Positions 7,342 to 10,229 of a stretch of 10,229 bases of DNA are shown here, in pieces (the stretch's first letter is position 1; every line of letters starts with the position of its first letter). Below the pieces are notes generated by a model. The model had not been told where the DNA came from, did not search any database, and worked only from the letters and a program-made list of their open reading frames with translations. The DNA comes from an archaeon (GTDB lineage: Archaea > Asgardarchaeota > Thorarchaeia > Thorarchaeales > Thorarchaeaceae). The DNA lies in contig JAJRWI010000024.1 of NCBI GenBank assembly GCA_024276825.1, forward strand, positions 1 through 10,229. The letters are read 5' to 3'. Both the position numbers and the translations under genes were made by a program.

Positions 7342-8247
7342 TTGAAGTCAATGAATGGAATTGTAATTGATTCATCCTTAGTTGATTTCATACTCTCGTA
7401 CATTAGGGGTCCTTCTGATGCTCTTTTTGACTCGGTTGTTGACCATCCTGCTGCTCGCAAAACATATTCTCATGCAAAGCGATTTAATAATACTGATTTA
7501 AATCGAATTGCCTTTTGGAAAGGCATTTTGGAAAAAGAACAAAGTCGCAACGCAAGCTATTCGAAGCAGGTGGCTAGGAATCTGGAATACATTAAGAATA
7601 ATCAAGACATGTTCAATGATGCATTTGATGAGCTCGCTGCTTATATTCCATCTGACTATGTCTTCGAATGCAGGCTCTTTCTAACATTGGGCTATGATAT
7701 TGGAATCGTATCGGAGGGCGATGCTCTTCTCAATATTGGTCATAAGCACTTCTCTATGAATCCTTCCGAAATGCTGTACTATTCAATGCATGAACTGCAT
7801 CATGTATGCTATACCAATTATCATCCAATATTTACATTCTCAGATTTGAAAACAAACAGAGACCTCTTCGACGTTTTACTTTATTCTACACATTTGGAAG
7901 GAATGGCAGTCTATTGTCCTTTGAAGCGGCGCCTATTTGAACATAATCTCAATGATGAGGACTATCGTGTGCTTCTTGATCCAAATGAATGCCTCTCACG
8001 AGTTCAAGAATTCTTTAAGATATATAATGACCTAAGAACCGCGCAGGTTCGACCTCTCGTAGAGGAAGATTTTGAGATACTGGAGGTAATGAGTGGGCCC
8101 AGTAAACGTCTATGGTACATTACAGGTGCATATATCGCGCAAGTAATAGATTCTCACCTAGGTCGAGAAAAACTGGTCAATACAATAGTAGAAGGTCCAA
8201 AGAGCTTTTTTACTGCCTATGAAGAAGCAATTTCATCCACTAGTTGA
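7342..8247 (+). CDS. Putative zinc-dependent peptidase (gluzincin-like; DUF5700/DUF2268-like)
   Basis: HELHH motif, downstream HLEGMAVY (third ligand E), and C-terminal WYITGAYIAQVIDSHLGREKL...GPKSFFTAY. TTG start after GGTGA; ATG 7351 is the alternative. No signal peptide. Confidence 0.85.
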   Translation: MKSMNGIVIDSSLVDFILSYIRGPSDALFDSVVDHPAARKTYSHAKRFNNTDLNRIAFWKGILEKEQSRNASYSKQVARNLEYIKNNQDMFNDAFDELAAYIPSDYVFECRLFLTLGYDIGIVSEGDALLNIGHKHFSMNPSEMLYYSMHELHHVCYTNYHPIFTFSDLKTNRDLFDVLLYSTHLEGMAVYCPLKRRLFEHNLNDEDYRVLLDPNECLSRVQEFFKIYNDLRTAQVRPLVEEDFEILEVMSGPSKRLWYITGAYIAQVIDSHLGREKLVNTIVEGPKSFFTAYEEAISSTS

Positions 8248-8345
8248 AATGACATCTATTGTACAAATTCACAGTCAGTCACTTTTTTATCGGAACTATA
8301 ATCCATCGTTTTACAATGATCGTGAAAAGATATTATAGGTGGTAA

Positions 8346-8750
8346 AAAAACTGCCTTGATGTTGAAACAATCTCTCTCCTACTGATTGCTGGTGATGTCC
8401 CTGAACCTGGCTTGGATGTCCACATTGGTCGTTATATGATGAATCCCTATTTCCCATCAGTGGTGTATATGTATATAGATCTACCACCTGACCTTGAGGG
8501 ATGCATTTACCTTCATGACCCATCTGATACGAAGAGAATCAGATACTCATTCTATGCGCTCGATGGTTGGTATTTTCGTGGTAGTACAGGTTATTATGTT
8601 AAATACAGTACCAAGCATAGCGTTGATGATACCATGATTGATATTGACATATCCTCCGAATATGCCTACTTATACCTCTACGACTGATGAAGTCAAGAGA
8701 CCGACTACAGTTGTAGTGAGTCTTATATTCTAAACACTATTCGATCTTGA
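8346..8750 (+). pseudogene. Remnant of an extracellular Tyr-rich beta-domain (PPC-like) protein gene
   Basis: Frame open from 8346 with no convincing start: AGD...IDLPPDLEGCIYLHDPSD...AYLYLYD**SQETDYSCSESY. The repeated xYLxDP strand resembles pre-peptidase C-terminal domains, and protein-like sequence continues past the double stop. Confidence 0.4.
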
Positions 8751-8775
8751 CCTTGTTTCATCTATCACTGATGAT

Positions 8776-8977
8776 AGATGTTCCCACATCTCACGGGCCC
8801 AGCCCATGGGATGAGTAGAGCTCGTCATCATCCATTACAGTATCCTTCCACGAGGCATCAAGCTCACCACTATTAATGTTCGAGGTGTGTAGATCAAAAC
8901 ACATCTTGCGTGATACCTAGAATATAAGGAGCCAAATTGAGTGTAAGATCTTCGTCCTTTGCAGACTGCATTATTTT
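8776..8977. repeat. Copy 2 (longer) of the degenerate dispersed element
   Basis: Same three collinear blocks as 2037-2193, plus an extra segment of about 30 nt (8882-8912) that forms a 10-bp stem-loop. Confidence 0.7.
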
Positions 8978-9094
8978 ATTAGTTTTAGAATAAGATTCGA
9001 ATATTCCATTTTTTAGCAAAAATGAATTTTAATGAGCATCCATATACTTGCATTAAAGACTATTGCCCTCTTATGATATGAGTCATCCCTGTGA

Positions 9095-9172
9095 AATTTA
9101 TAAATTCTACTTTCTCAGAAAGTAATTCTTATATTAATTCAATGATATCAATGAGAAAGTTGCTCTGCAACT
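9095..9172 (+). promoter_or_regulatory. Promoter/operator region with TATA-like boxes and palindromes
   Basis: AATTTATAAATT (9095-9106), TACTTTCT-C-AGAAAGTA (9108-9124), CTTATAT (9128-9134) and AGTTGC-TCT-GCAACT (9158-9172), upstream of RBS AAGGGGA and ATG 9199. Confidence 0.55.
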
Positions 9173-9198
9173 AAACGATTAAGGGGATCAATGAACAA

Positions 9199-10224
9199 AT
9201 GAATAGAAAGAGGATTTTAGTGGTAGTCACCATAATCTTTGTAACGACTACCCTAATGGGGCTTTCGTCAATTATCACTTTTCTTGATAATGAAAGCACG
9301 CATCGAGTGAAGTTGAACAATGAGTATTATCTCGCGGATGTAGTACTTCCACCACCAGAACCACCTCCACCCATAGATCCGCCACCAACAGATCCGCCAC
9401 CCCCATCATATCCTGTAGAATATAGTGTTGGGATATATGCTGATGAATATACACTCAATGACTACACCAAATTATTCGGGTATGCCCAGATAGAAACTGA
9501 GTATTATGTGGTTCGTTTGGATGTGACATTATTCTCCAAGAGTTCTGATTATAATGAACAAAGTTTTCTTGTTCAAGCATTTTATACATACAAAGGAGAA
9601 CGATACACTAATGAACCTTATGAAATAAATCCATATACTGGTGTATTAGACAACATCTACATCGAAGTACAAGAGATGTATACTAACTATCAATACCACT
9701 ATGCCTACTGGGACATCCAAGAAGATAATGCACAATGTTGGCCTAGCACATTTACCTCTTACCAGAGGAGTACTTGGGATGATGCTGCCTCAGATTTGAT
9801 TACAAAAGGAATTACATCTGCCATAGGTCTAGTTGTTGCTCCTTCTGGACCTGTGGGTTGGATACTTGATATGGCCGTTGATAAAGCAGTTGGCACAATT
9901 GTTGACGGTGCAATTAGTGATGTGGGTGAAGTATATCCTCACAGCACGGGTTATGGCACTACTGATCGCACAGGCGATATTCATTGGCAAAACATGTATC
10001 CATGGGGCTACAATCATTATTATGGCGGTACCATTGGACATCAATGGGCCTATGACTTCCTGGGGCAGGCAAAGCTCCGGAATTGTTGGAGGTCTTGGCT
10101 TCATGGTGACCTCATTGGTTTGAGGTTTAGAGTAAAAGCCAACATTATCACCGATGTCAGTGGAATACTCGGTCATGATGTTGTATATACTCCATGGTGC
10201 ACTGTCTGGAGCACAGCATACTAA
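9199..10224 (+). CDS. Exported or membrane-anchored protein: signal/anchor, Pro-rich linker, Tyr-rich domain with an inserted hydrophobic helical hairpin
   Basis: MNRKR followed by a hydrophobic stretch; PPPEPPPPIDPPPTDPPPP linker; Tyr/Trp-rich beta-like sequence flanking AASDLITKGITSAIGLVVAPSGPVGWILDMAVDKAVGTIVDGAI. Confidence 0.85.
   Translation: MNRKRILVVVTIIFVTTTLMGLSSIITFLDNESTHRVKLNNEYYLADVVLPPPEPPPPIDPPPTDPPPPSYPVEYSVGIYADEYTLNDYTKLFGYAQIETEYYVVRLDVTLFSKSSDYNEQSFLVQAFYTYKGERYTNEPYEINPYTGVLDNIYIEVQEMYTNYQYHYAYWDIQEDNAQCWPSTFTSYQRSTWDDAASDLITKGITSAIGLVVAPSGPVGWILDMAVDKAVGTIVDGAISDVGEVYPHSTGYGTTDRTGDIHWQNMYPWGYNHYYGGTIGHQWAYDFLGQAKLRNCWRSWLHGDLIGLRFRVKANIITDVSGILGHDVVYTPWCTVWSTAY
9349..9405 (+). 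repeat. Coding low-complexity repeat (poly-Pro linker) with a 15-nt period duplication
   Basis: AGATCCGCCACC occurs at 9375-9386 and 9390-9401, embedded in CCA/CCN runs. Confidence 0.8.
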
Positions 10225-10229
10225 AGGGG

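Noticed and set aside
8311-8523. 70-aa minus-strand ORF
   Set aside because: No recognisable features, and it overlaps the more protein-like plus-strand relic.
8685-8720. TGA TGA followed by a hairpin as selenocysteine or readthrough recoding
   Set aside because: No SECIS-like motif, no redox-protein context, and the surrounding frame is otherwise degraded.
9829-10176. ORFs 9829..10176 (-) and 9833..10123 (+, hydrophobic)
   Set aside because: Fully nested in 9199..10224. The hydrophobicity is explained by off-frame reading and no RBS is evident.
1-10229. tRNA, rRNA, CRISPR array, transposase or integrase
   Set aside because: No cloverleaf/T-loop motif, regular repeat-spacer periodicity or DDE/Tyr/Ser recombinase motif was seen by eye.

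Overview
Moderately AT-rich window that is probably archaeal. GGTGA/GGGGA ribosome-binding sites, TATA-like boxes and a tandem Lrp/AsnC regulator suggest an Asgard/Thorarchaeia-like genome; this is inference, not a database result. (1) 1-2630 looks like a decayed defence patch: a frameshifted Mrr-like PD-(D/E)xK nuclease, an intact NYN + LOTUS-like + winged-helix gene, a truncated minimal nucleotidyltransferase and a broken DUF3883/NOV_C nuclease that the ORF track does not show. (2) 2637-8247 is an intact block: on the minus strand a tandem Lrp regulator, an approximately 8-TM internally duplicated membrane protein, a small hypothetical protein and an ABC-2 ATPase/permease pair ending in a hairpin+U9 terminator, with a divergent HEXXH (DUF5700/DUF2268-like) peptidase on the plus strand. 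(3) 8250-10229 holds a relic of a PPC-like extracellular gene, a hairpin/palindrome-dense intergenic region, and an exported Pro-linker protein carrying a hydrophobic helical hairpin. The most unexpected signal is a degenerate non-coding element present twice (about 2037-2190 and 8776-8975), with a conserved hairpin showing one compensatory pair and an indel that matches one whole stem-loop.
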